From assembly GCA_043811375.1 (NCBI GenBank), contig JBDRNJ010000064.1, positions 64,001-128,000 on the forward strand: DNA of 64,000 nt, given 5' to 3'. The position numbers were made by a program, and so were the translations under genes. This DNA comes from a bacterium. Lineage in GTDB: Bacteria; Zixibacteria; MSB-5A5; GN15; FEB-12. Position 1 is the stretch's first letter; every line of letters starts with the position of its first letter. Shown one piece after another: positions 41,490 to 50,865 of this stretch. Below the pieces are notes generated by a model, which was not told the DNA's origin, did not search any database, and was given only the letters and a program-made list of their open reading frames with translations.

Positions 41490-42950
41490 TCATATCTCCT
41501 CGGTTTCGGTGGACTCACTATCAGTTTCAGTGGAAGGTTCGGGTCTCTTGCGCGGCAATTCAACAAAAAACCGGCTGCCTTCCCCAGGTTCGGATTCGAT
41601 CCGGATATTCCCCCCGTGCGACATCACGATTTTGTGGGCGATGAACAGTCCCAGCCCGGTACCGCCGGCGCCTTTCGACGAGAAAAACAGGCTGAACGCT
41701 TTCTCGCGGGTCTCACGGTCCATCCCGATCCCGTTGTCGCTGATAATAAACTGGATACCGTCGTCAAGATCATGTAGTTCGAGCTTAACCAGGTGGTGCG
41801 GTTTGCTTTTGTCGATCCGGCAGGCATCGATGGCGTTCTCAATGAAGTTCACCAGCATGGAGCGGATCATCTGTCGGTCGCCCTCGTATTCGCCGGTGCC
41901 GGTTACCGTGCACTCGACTTCGACTTCTACTTTCCTGGCTCGGTCGGTCATCGTCTTACAGACGTCTTCCAAAATCTCCCCGGCCGAAATCTGCTCCCAG
42001 TTCGGGTCGCGATCCTTGGCGTAATAGAGAATATCCATGACCATCGAACGGATGCGACGGATATTCCTCAAGGCCATATCCCAGCCCTTGTCGACCCGGG
42101 CGGTGTCGTTCTTCTTAATGCCGGAGTTGATCAGATAGATACCGCCGTCGAGACTGTTTAGCAACCCCTTGATACCATGTGACACGGTGCCGATAAGCAT
42201 CCCCACCGACGCCAGTTTATCCTGGAGTTGGCGGATCATCGTGATATTGGTGCTCATCTCGATGACACCTTCGATAACACCCTCGCCGTTGTGTAGGGGA
42301 GCCGTATGCACCAGCACGTTCATTAGCTCTCCCGACTGCGACGAAACAACCTCCTCGTGGTTGCGGGGTTTACCGTCGGTGAAGGTTTGACGCACGGTGC
42401 AGGGCAGACACTCTTTATCCCGATGCTTGTAGATTTCGAAGCACTTTCTGCCATAGCCGGTACCGAAGGTTTCACGATGCAAGCGGTTGGCATCGGTTAT
42501 GTTAAGATCCTGATCCTGAATCGAGATGAAACAGGGAACTTCCTCAAACAGTTGCCGATACTTCCGGCGACTGGTGCGGATATCCATTTGAAGGTCTTTA
42601 AGCAGGGTTATGTCGGTTGACATCTCAATGACTTCCGACACCTCACCGTTGTCGTCGAGAATCGGCGTCGTGTATACCAACACCGAAACCTGCTTGCCAC
42701 CCAGAGTGGTGACCAGCTCTTCGCTGCGGTGCTTCTGGCCATCGGAGAAAGTCCGGGCGACGGGACAATCTTCACATCGCTCGGGCCTTTGTTTGTAGAC
42801 CTGGTAGCAATACCTGTCATTATAGTCGCCGAAATTCCTCCGAAACGAATCATTGGCCTCGATAATCCGGAAGTCACGATCCTGAACGGTCAGATATCCT
42901 GGTATAGCATTGAATATCTTATCCGAAAATCTGCGGCGCTGACGATCCAT
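41490..42950 (-). CDS. Cytoplasmic double-PAS histidine kinase
   Basis: Two PAS repeats, each with a C(Y/F)..YK.R...C..C motif; VSHGIKG H-box; DNGIG and GTGLGL. Confidence 0.9.
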   Translation of the reverse strand: MDRQRRRFSDKIFNAIPGYLTVQDRDFRIIEANDSFRRNFGDYNDRYCYQVYKQRPERCEDCPVARTFSDGQKHRSEELVTTLGGKQVSVLVYTTPILDDNGEVSEVIEMSTDITLLKDLQMDIRTSRRKYRQLFEEVPCFISIQDQDLNITDANRLHRETFGTGYGRKCFEIYKHRDKECLPCTVRQTFTDGKPRNHEEVVSSQSGELMNVLVHTAPLHNGEGVIEGVIEMSTNITMIRQLQDKLASVGMLIGTVSHGIKGLLNSLDGGIYLINSGIKKNDTARVDKGWDMALRNIRRIRSMVMDILYYAKDRDPNWEQISAGEILEDVCKTMTDRARKVEVEVECTVTGTGEYEGDRQMIRSMLVNFIENAIDACRIDKSKPHHLVKLELHDLDDGIQFIISDNGIGMDRETREKAFSLFFSSKGAGGTGLGLFIAHKIVMSHGGNIRIESEPGEGSRFFVELPRKRPEPSTETDSESTETEEI

Positions 42951-42984
42951 CGCTTACCTCTCTGCAACCTGGTGTAAGTTGACC

Positions 42985-44742
42985 TTACTCGGTAGCAATC
43001 AGTTTAAAGATCTTCCTCACATTCAAGAGGATACTCTCTTCATCAACCGGTTTGTTAAGGTAACCTTCCGGCGGAGGTCCCGGTCGATCATATATTAACT
43101 GTCTCATCTCCGGTTTGCCGGTGATAATGCAGACCGGAATCTGTGAGGTCTCGTCGGTTTTCCGCAACAGCTCAAACACTTCGATTCCCGACTTGCCCGG
43201 CATCGAAATGTCCAGTGTAATGAGATCGGGCTTTTCGGTCTTTGCCATATCGAAGGCTTCATTGCCATCGGTCGCTCTGAGCACGGTTGCGCCGTTGTCC
43301 TCCAGCACGGTGGAAACGAAGGTAACAAAATCCGGCTCGTCGTCGGCTACCAGAATCCGGTAACCGGCCAGCGCGGTCGCTTCGGCCACCACCGGCGCTA
43401 CTTCAGCAGGTGCTTCTTCAACCTTGGGTTCAGTGACCAGAGCATTGGCGACCAGGTTTACAAGTTGGGCAATCCCTAAGTCGAGTTTGTAATGCTTGAT
43501 CAGGTCGGCCAATCCGTCGACACAATTATGGCACGAAGTCACGACAATCTTGGCCCCAGTGGCTGTGAGCTGGTCAGCCTTGATCTTGGCCGACTTCAAC
43601 CTCCGGGGCGTATATTCGGACATCGACATAGCCCCGCCACCCCCGGTACAACAATAGTTTTCGGCCCGGTTGGGATACATCTCACGGAAATCCGCACAGA
43701 CCAGATTCAGTAGTTCGCGGGGTTCTTCATACAGCCCGCAACTCCTGGCATTATTGCACGAATCGTGAAAGGTTACTGGAATTGAATTCTTGGACTTGTC
43801 AACTTTGATCCGCCCCTCCTTGATATAGCGAATCATCGTGATGACCGAACTCTCCATCACGAAATCATTGACATCCATGCCCGCCCAGTTGGGACCCTCA
43901 CATCGGGTGGAGCGGTAACCATGCCCGCACTCCGAGATCACCAGGGTTTTTCCTCGGAGTTCGGAGGTTTTTTCATAGAGTCGACGCGCTACTGCGCCCC
44001 CCAGGTCATCATCACCTGAGAATAAACCGAAATTGGTCATATCCCAGTGCTCGCTTGGCATGGTCCAATTCTCACCGGCGGCATAGAATATCTTGGCGGC
44101 GTCGGAAATAGTGCGCGGGTCATACTTCACTTCCCTGGGATTGATCGAGTAGACCACCTCGCAGTCCGGCTTATCGATAGGGATGGTGGCTCGGGGGTCC
44201 CCCATTTCCATCTCAAGTTCTTCACCCAGCCACTCGAGCGTTTCCACATAGTCCTCTTTGAGTACGCCCATCTGGTTGCCCAACTCCCATTGATCCTTGG
44301 AGACCACCGCCACGCCCTCGGGCATCACCCCGACCGAAACCAGCAGGCCTCGTGCCATCCGGTTGAAAGTCGCATAATCCACGCCCATGGGACAGTTGAT
44401 AGAACACCGCCGACAATTGGTACACTTGCCGAAGACGATGTCTTTCAGATCCTCCAGGTCCTGGTCCGTATATATGCTCTTGGCATGAACCCACCAGGGG
44501 AATACCCGGCCGGTCCAATCGAAGTGACGCTTGAATATCCTGCGGATGCGATCGGCCTTGTAAGCCGGAGCGTAGGAGGGATCATCAGGATTGGCTAACA
44601 CATAGTGACACATATTGGTGCAGTTGCCACAATGGACACAGGCCACCATGGAACCCACTATCTGACGGTTGAGTTTCTTTTCAAAACGCTCAAGTACCTT
44701 CTGGGCTTTGTAGGATCGCTTGGTATTACCATTACTCATCAT
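42985..44742 (-). CDS. HmcF/TmcB/DsrK-like Fe-S (CCG-domain) oxidoreductase fused to a C-terminal receiver domain
   Basis: CVHCGNCTNMC, CTNCRRCSINCP; SECGHG; FHDSC..CCTGGGG..SCHNC; then ILVADDE..LITLDISMP..ITG..NKP. Confidence 0.85.
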   Translation of the reverse strand: MMSNGNTKRSYKAQKVLERFEKKLNRQIVGSMVACVHCGNCTNMCHYVLANPDDPSYAPAYKADRIRRIFKRHFDWTGRVFPWWVHAKSIYTDQDLEDLKDIVFGKCTNCRRCSINCPMGVDYATFNRMARGLLVSVGVMPEGVAVVSKDQWELGNQMGVLKEDYVETLEWLGEELEMEMGDPRATIPIDKPDCEVVYSINPREVKYDPRTISDAAKIFYAAGENWTMPSEHWDMTNFGLFSGDDDLGGAVARRLYEKTSELRGKTLVISECGHGYRSTRCEGPNWAGMDVNDFVMESSVITMIRYIKEGRIKVDKSKNSIPVTFHDSCNNARSCGLYEEPRELLNLVCADFREMYPNRAENYCCTGGGGAMSMSEYTPRRLKSAKIKADQLTATGAKIVVTSCHNCVDGLADLIKHYKLDLGIAQLVNLVANALVTEPKVEEAPAEVAPVVAEATALAGYRILVADDEPDFVTFVSTVLEDNGATVLRATDGNEAFDMAKTEKPDLITLDISMPGKSGIEVFELLRKTDETSQIPVCIITGKPEMRQLIYDRPGPPPEGYLNKPVDEESILLNVRKIFKLIATE

Positions 44743-44769
44743 GTTCTCCATTCGTTTTCTGCCCAAAGG

Positions 44770-45453
44770 CTACTTGCGCGGTTCTGGGGCATGGGTAACA
44801 GGGTAAACTCCGCGGTACCCCATAGTCTTGCCAAAATAGTAACGTGTTATCGGGTAGTACAGGTAGTGTGATATTTTGCTGAAGGGTACATAGATCAGGA
44901 AAAAGGCGGTCAGGATGAAATAGGTCAGCAAGACGCCCTCGCCATCTTGGTAGTTATTCGGAACTGCCAGAGCAGCAAAGAAGAACCAGATGGTAAGCAA
45001 TATCAGCGAGAAATAGTCATCCGGGCTACTGATCGCACGCATGTGCTTGTCACTTGCTCTTCTAATTATGCGAAGAATACCGACCAGGCAGGAGGCACCA
45101 ATGATAACCTGAAGAATTGGAACAACCAAAGGTACTTCCAGCAGTCGCGGCAGGTAAGGAATAACAAATGAAAGGGCGATGGCGACCGCAACTCCCAGAT
45201 GGAACACAACGAACTGCAGGTATATAAGAAACCTCGTGCGCGAGCTTTCCATCGACCAGGGCATGGCAATGTTAGCCCAGGAATACAGGATACCTCTTTT
45301 CATAGTTGTTCCGGGCATTCCTGTTTCCGGTTGACGATCGCGACCGGCTTTGAATCTGAACAACCAAACGAGACGCAGGATATAGACGATGGCCATGATA
45401 GCCAAAGCCACTTCCTGGAGAGTATGTTCTGAAAAGTGAAGAAAATCGCTCAT
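44770..45453 (-). CDS. NarI/HmcE/TmcC-like membrane anchor subunit
   Basis: About five TM helices; FHLG; R.IS.PDDY; PFSKISH. Confidence 0.75.
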   Translation of the reverse strand: MSDFLHFSEHTLQEVALAIMAIVYILRLVWLFRFKAGRDRQPETGMPGTTMKRGILYSWANIAMPWSMESSRTRFLIYLQFVVFHLGVAVAIALSFVIPYLPRLLEVPLVVPILQVIIGASCLVGILRIIRRASDKHMRAISSPDDYFSLILLTIWFFFAALAVPNNYQDGEGVLLTYFILTAFFLIYVPFSKISHYLYYPITRYYFGKTMGYRGVYPVTHAPEPRK

Positions 45454-45469
45454 TATCTGCTCTCCTTAG

Positions 45470-46000
45470 TTACTTCAGACTCTCTAGCTTATTCTGAAAC
45501 GGTTTGTACTCATGATGATCCCAGAGACAAACGAGCACTTCTTCCAGGCAGGTCTGATTCTCAAGGAAGGAGACAATCGTTTCCAGGGTGAGTTCGGCGC
45601 TCTGGTTCAAGGGCACGCCATAGAATCCGTAGCCCATTGGGGGAAAGGCTATCCTTTTGATACCTTTCTCCTCGGCCAGTTTGAGAGCATTGACAATCGT
45701 CGCTCTGAGCTTGTCAGGTGTGCCCTCTTCCTGGAACTTGGGACCGTTGGCATGAATTATATACTTGGCCTTCATTTCGCCGGCTTCGGTGATAACGCAT
45801 TCATTGGGTGCCAGGGGACCCATTTTATCAAGTATCTTTTGTATCGAAGGACCGCCCCGCACGGCAATCGCACCCCCGTAACCGGAACCGAGTTTCAAAT
45901 CGGATTGGGCGTAGTAAACGAAGCATTCCGCATCGGTGTCGGTTACGTCGCACCGTTCCAGTCGTATGACACTCCGGTTGACCTGTTTCTCATCTGCCAT
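45470..46000 (-). CDS. Macrodomain protein (divergent)
   Basis: GAIAVRGG..IQ; VITEAG.M.AKYIIHANGP; IAFPPMG.GFYG.P. Confidence 0.85.
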   Translation of the reverse strand: MADEKQVNRSVIRLERCDVTDTDAECFVYYAQSDLKLGSGYGGAIAVRGGPSIQKILDKMGPLAPNECVITEAGEMKAKYIIHANGPKFQEEGTPDKLRATIVNALKLAEEKGIKRIAFPPMGYGFYGVPLNQSAELTLETIVSFLENQTCLEEVLVCLWDHHEYKPFQNKLESLK

Positions 46001-46020
46001 ACTGCTACCTTTCGTTGTAT

Positions 46021-46821
46021 CTACACATTCTGTTGTTCTGCAAGTTTGGGGACTCCCCGGATACAATTCTTCAGTTGTTCAATCGTAAATGGTTTCTTTA
46101 TCCACCCAAAGATTTCTTGATCGCAATAGTCCTTAATCTTCATGACCCGTGATGACAGTATGAGCCGCGGAACCGGGATACGAATATCAGAAAACAGATT
46201 GCTGCAGATCTCGGCCGTCCGGCGTTTTCCGAAGGCGCAGTCGACAATGATATAGTCGGGTCGAAAACTCTGGATCAGGGTCGCTGTCTCGTATTCACCG
46301 GTTGCGAACCGGACTTCAATACCCTCACTTACCCCGGAGCCCTGCAGGTCAGATATCAGTTTACCGCTACGAACCAGGGCGATCACATTTATGCCCTGAC
46401 CCTGAACCGTTTGGTAGTAGTTACACTCGGGGCACTCGGTGTCGCACATGAGGTTGAGACAGCCCAATCCGCCGGGCAGGTCCTTCAACTCGTAGCAACG
46501 CCGCGCTCGCGAACGAAACGTTATGCAGTCGCGACACTCTTCCTTGATCTCACCGCCGGCTGCCAGAAACTCCCAGCAGTATTGATGTGCCGCCGGCCGC
46601 GATGACAACTGTTCCCAGTCAACGGTGATCGGAGTTTCGGATGCGAACGAGCTCAACTCAGACACAGGGATCCGGAAATGACCTCCCAGGGTCCGGCGTG
46701 ACTTCACTTTACCGGCCTTGACCCATTTGAGGACGGTGTCCGGCGATACACACAGAAGTTTGGCCGCTTCGGTAGTCGTCAGGTAATCTCTGCTTCTGAA
46801 TTCGTCAGGCATTTCTGTCAT
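46021..46821 (-). CDS. Excisionase/BldC-type HTH regulator with Cys-rich central domain and atypical receiver domain
   Basis: LTTTEAAKLLCVSPDTVLKW...TLGGHFRI; CWEF..CRDC..C..C..CDTECPEC; RPDYIIVD...KKPF. Confidence 0.82.
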   Translation of the reverse strand: MTEMPDEFRSRDYLTTTEAAKLLCVSPDTVLKWVKAGKVKSRRTLGGHFRIPVSELSSFASETPITVDWEQLSSRPAAHQYCWEFLAAGGEIKEECRDCITFRSRARRCYELKDLPGGLGCLNLMCDTECPECNYYQTVQGQGINVIALVRSGKLISDLQGSGVSEGIEVRFATGEYETATLIQSFRPDYIIVDCAFGKRRTAEICSNLFSDIRIPVPRLILSSRVMKIKDYCDQEIFGWIKKPFTIEQLKNCIRGVPKLAEQQNV

Positions 46822-46847
46822 TTCTGAGTTTTCTGAGTTTCTATTAA

Positions 46848-46876
46848 TTTATAAGAACAAGTGTGGTTTCTGTCAA
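46848..46876 (-). promoter_or_regulatory. sigma70 promoter of the 46821-41105 operon
   Basis: TTGACA-N17-TATAAA on the minus strand. Confidence 0.7.
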
Positions 46877-47094
46877 GTGGTTTTGGACATACTTTATGTA
46901 ATTATTAACAGTATAGTATTATCTATATGATTGACAAGAGTTTATCCATTGGCACCGGCAGTCAACAACGAAACTGTCAGCCCAGTTCAGGCTGGACTGA
47001 GCCATCTGCGTCAGCGAATCCAAGCCTGTCTACTTCTCCGAGCGGGGGAGAACTCAGACCGAGAAGTTCTGCCTATTGAATAGTCAACCCGAAA

Positions 47095-47730
47095 TTAACT
47101 CTTGAAAACGATAGAAAGCGCCGGGAATTCCGTCTCAACCATCAGGAATGACAGCGCCAGCCAATCCAATGGGATCCAGGATATTCCCTCATGGAATGAT
47201 CTACCATCATAATTGGCAAAAACAGAGTATCGCTCATAGAAACTCGTGGTGATACCGGCTTGCCCGTAAATTTCGTCAAAATCCGGTACGAGTGTAGCCG
47301 CTCCGGTCGATAGTCGTACGCCAAAGATTTCGCTGATTTCCCATGACTTGATGAATTGCGCATATATTGATTGGTCACTTCCACCAGTCTGAACACTACC
47401 GGTTCCCAATATGATGCCGGGTTTCCAGCCATCCTCCTGTTCCAATACCGGTTGAGTTCTTACGTTCCAAAGAACTTTTTCGGTTCGAACGGCGTATCCA
47501 ATACCGGCATCAAGCCAGCTCAATATTCCATATCTGGCGTTCAATACTGTTCTCTCCTCGTCCGCTGTTGGAATACTCAATCCAGAAATCATCACCATTC
47601 TTTGTGAGAGCAAGGCACCATCATTGTTGCCTGCCCCGGAACATACGGGGCAGGAAGGTCCGCATTCCTGGGCAAAGGTTATTCCTGCAAATAGTAATAT
47701 TAATAATAAGCTCAAGTGAATCTTATTCAT
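47095..47730 (-). CDS. Exported protein with N-terminal CGPSCPVC motif, probable small beta-barrel
   Basis: Signal peptide; Cys motif; amphipathic beta-strands; 24 nt downstream of czcA; AAGGA RBS. Confidence 0.65.
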   Translation of the reverse strand: MNKIHLSLLLILLFAGITFAQECGPSCPVCSGAGNNDGALLSQRMVMISGLSIPTADEERTVLNARYGILSWLDAGIGYAVRTEKVLWNVRTQPVLEQEDGWKPGIILGTGSVQTGGSDQSIYAQFIKSWEISEIFGVRLSTGAATLVPDFDEIYGQAGITTSFYERYSVFANYDGRSFHEGISWIPLDWLALSFLMVETEFPALSIVFKS

Positions 47731-47754
47731 GTCTTTTCCTTTCAGGTAATCTGC

Positions 47755-50700
47755 CTATTTGGTTTGCGCCGGTCTTGGTGCAAACCATTCATAGAGCGCC
47801 GGAATCAAAACCAGAGTGAGAAATGTAGATGACAACAGTCCAAACACAACTACCACCGCTAACGGTCTTTGAACTTCTGAACCCATACCATGTGAAAGAA
47901 GCAAGGGTACCAGTCCGAGAATTGTTGTCAGAGCGGTCATCAACACCGGCCGTAACCGTAACATGCATGCCTGCACGATCGCATCAACTGTCGACATTCC
48001 TTCATCACGTAACAGGTTTACATAGGACACCAGTACCAGACCGTTCTGCACCGCTATTCCGAAAAGGGCAATGAATCCAACCGAGGCCGGTACGGACAAA
48101 TATTCTCCTGTAAGATACAGACCAAGTACACCACCTATCAGTGCCAGTGGTACGTTTATGAATATCAAAGTGGCGCTTCGTACGGTACCGAAGGACATGT
48201 ACAAAAGAAGAAATATCATAAAAAGGGTTGCTGGAACGATAATGCTCAACCTTTTCATGGCTCGTTCCTGGTTTTCGAATTGACCTCCGTACTCCAGATA
48301 ATAACCTGCGGGCAGTTCGATGTTTTCCCGGACCAATTTTTTAATGTCACTAACAACACTACCCATATCGCGACCACGTACATTTCCGGAGATTATCCAG
48401 CGTCTTTGATTCTTCTCACGGTTAATCTGAATTGGTCCAATCAGGGTCTTGACTTTTGCCACCTGAGACATAGGGATAAGAACGCCCTCTGATGTGTGGA
48501 CAAGCATGTTCCTGATTGATTCCGGATCGTCACGATAGCGCTCATCGTAGCGAACATGAATCCCAAATCTCCTGGTATTCAAGAATATCTGCGATATGAC
48601 TTCGCCACCGATGGCAAGTTCAACCACTTCGAGAATATCGGTCACATCGACTCCATATCGCGAGCAAGCTTCACGATCAGCAATAATCTGTACCTGTGGT
48701 TGTCCGAAACTCTGTTCGGTGGAGAGATCAACCAGTCCTTCAACCGGTTGAATGACCTCTTTGACTTCTTCCGCTTTAGTTCGAAGGGTAGTAAGATCTT
48801 CGCCATAAAGCTTTATTGCCAACTGTGTCTTAACGCCGGAGAGAAGTTCGTCAAACATATTTTGAATCGGCTGAGAAAACACAAGTTGCACACCGGGATA
48901 GTCCGACAGTTTTTTGTTCAGAGCCTCAATAAGTTCTTCTTTGGAATTATATTCCTGCCATTCCTCCTGAGGTTTTAACATAATTTGAATATGTGAGGAA
49001 TTCACCGGGTGCGGATGACTACCGGCTTCGGGTCGACCGATCTTGGCCACGGTCTGTTCAACCGGGCCAAATCCCATTACGATTCTTTCCAGCTTCATGA
49101 TGGTTTCGGTGGCTTTAACAAGGGAAATGGAAGGAGCCATCGTGACGTTAACTTGAATCGCACCTTCTTCCAATGTCGGAATAAACTCAGTACCGAGATG
49201 CGGTACCAGGAAAATCGTAAGGACGAAGGCGGTCAGGCTCAGGACAAGGACAGCTACTTTAAATCGTAGCACCAGTCTCAGAAAAGGCCTGTAGATGTTT
49301 TTGAGCCCTCGAATCAGAAAGAACTCTTTTCTTTGCTTTTGTTTCAAAAACAACGAAGACAGCGCAGGAGAAAAGATCAGGGCTGCTACCAGGGATCCAA
49401 GAAGCGCGAATGTTATGGTAAAGGCCATGGGCGAAAACATTTTGCCTTCGATCCCCTCAAGAGTAAACAGAGGCAGAAAAACAATGATAATAATGGAAAC
49501 AGAAAAGATAACCGGTCGGGCCACCTCTTTGCAGGCGGCGACAATGATCTCACGCTTGTCTCTGTTCTTGTATTTTTCGTCCCCGAGGAGTCGATAGGTA
49601 TTTTCTACTATCACGACAGAAGCGTCGCCAAGCATTCCGATAGCGATCGCAATCCCTCCGAGCGACATAAGGTTGGCCGACATATCGGCAATGCTCATGA
49701 AAATAGCGGCAATCAGTGCGCAGACTGGAAGAGCCAGCGCAACGATGAAAGCGCTTCGCAAATTTCCCAGGAACACAGCGAGGATAAATATCACCAGCAG
49801 TGCGCCCTGCAATAAAGCATCCCTCATGGTATTGACCGCATTATTTACCAGGGCACTCTGGTTGTAGTAAGGCACGAGATGTACGCCTTGCGGCAGTGAT
49901 TCTTGAACCTCCGGAGTCCGTTGATTCAAGCCCGCTATGACTTCAGAAGTGTTGGTCCCGAACAGTTTCATGACGATTCCGGCAACTACTTCTTCTTTAC
50001 CATTGAGGGTTACTACACCACGACGTACTTCTCGACCAAAATCGACCTCCGCCACATCTCCGAGACGAATAGGCGTGCCGTCTACAACCTTGAGCTGGAT
50101 GTTTCTAAGATCGTCTCTTCCTTCTATCAGCCCGATGCCTCTGACAAGGTACTCCTCGGAGCCGAGGACGAGAAATTGTCCTCCGGCATTGCGATTGTTA
50201 TTTGATATGGCTACGACGATATCCTCCAAACCGAGTTTATACTTGTTCAGAGCATACGGATTGATCTTAATCTGATACTGAAGAACATGCCCACCCATCG
50301 ACAGTATCTTGGTCACACCCGGGACAGTCTGCAGCTGATACTTTATGATCCAGTCATTAACCTCTCTCAGGTACGTGTCTAAAGGCTTACCCTCGGTATC
50401 CACGGTGCTGTCGGCCGTGAGGTAGTACATGAACACTTCGCCAAGCCCCGTCGAAATGGGACCCAGGCCCGGCTGTTCATGCAATTCCGGTAATTCTCCG
50501 GATACGCTGGCTAATCGTTCAGCGACAATCTGCCGGGCGAAATAGATGTCAACGTCATCCTCGAAATAGACATAGATAACAGCCATACCAAAGGCGGAGG
50601 TCGATTTGATCAATCTTACACCGGGCAGACCGTTCATCGCCGATTCGATGGGAAACGTTATGAGACGTTCTACTTCTTCCGGTGCCATTCCGTGGGCTTC

Positions 50701-50850
50701 GGCGAATACCGGTACCATCACTGGAGAAATATCGGGAAAAGCATCTGTCGGCAGGTTGCTGTACTTAAACAATCCAAGAGCAATGACACTAATCAGCAGA
50801 ATTACTACAATGAGACGATTTCTTAGTACTAGTTCAAAATGTCGTTTCAT
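47755..50850 (-). CDS. czcA: CzcA-family heavy-metal RND efflux permease
   Basis: DAFPDIS; GPISTGLGE; NLMSLGG; FSPMA; GFIALFGIAVQNG; RLRPVLMTA. Confidence 0.92.
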   Translation of the reverse strand: MKRHFELVLRNRLIVVILLISVIALGLFKYSNLPTDAFPDISPVMVPVFAEAHGMAPEEVERLITFPIESAMNGLPGVRLIKSTSAFGMAVIYVYFEDDVDIYFARQIVAERLASVSGELPELHEQPGLGPISTGLGEVFMYYLTADSTVDTEGKPLDTYLREVNDWIIKYQLQTVPGVTKILSMGGHVLQYQIKINPYALNKYKLGLEDIVVAISNNNRNAGGQFLVLGSEEYLVRGIGLIEGRDDLRNIQLKVVDGTPIRLGDVAEVDFGREVRRGVVTLNGKEEVVAGIVMKLFGTNTSEVIAGLNQRTPEVQESLPQGVHLVPYYNQSALVNNAVNTMRDALLQGALLVIFILAVFLGNLRSAFIVALALPVCALIAAIFMSIADMSANLMSLGGIAIAIGMLGDASVVIVENTYRLLGDEKYKNRDKREIIVAACKEVARPVIFSVSIIIIVFLPLFTLEGIEGKMFSPMAFTITFALLGSLVAALIFSPALSSLFLKQKQRKEFFLIRGLKNIYRPFLRLVLRFKVAVLVLSLTAFVLTIFLVPHLGTEFIPTLEEGAIQVNVTMAPSISLVKATETIMKLERIVMGFGPVEQTVAKIGRPEAGSHPHPVNSSHIQIMLKPQEEWQEYNSKEELIEALNKKLSDYPGVQLVFSQPIQNMFDELLSGVKTQLAIKLYGEDLTTLRTKAEEVKEVIQPVEGLVDLSTEQSFGQPQVQIIADREACSRYGVDVTDILEVVELAIGGEVISQIFLNTRRFGIHVRYDERYRDDPESIRNMLVHTSEGVLIPMSQVAKVKTLIGPIQINREKNQRRWIISGNVRGRDMGSVVSDIKKLVRENIELPAGYYLEYGGQFENQERAMKRLSIIVPATLFMIFLLLYMSFGTVRSATLIFINVPLALIGGVLGLYLTGEYLSVPASVGFIALFGIAVQNGLVLVSYVNLLRDEGMSTVDAIVQACMLRLRPVLMTALTTILGLVPLLLSHGMGSEVQRPLAVVVVFGLLSSTFLTLVLIPALYEWFAPRPAQTK

Positions 50851-50865
50851 TTATACTGCCTCCCC

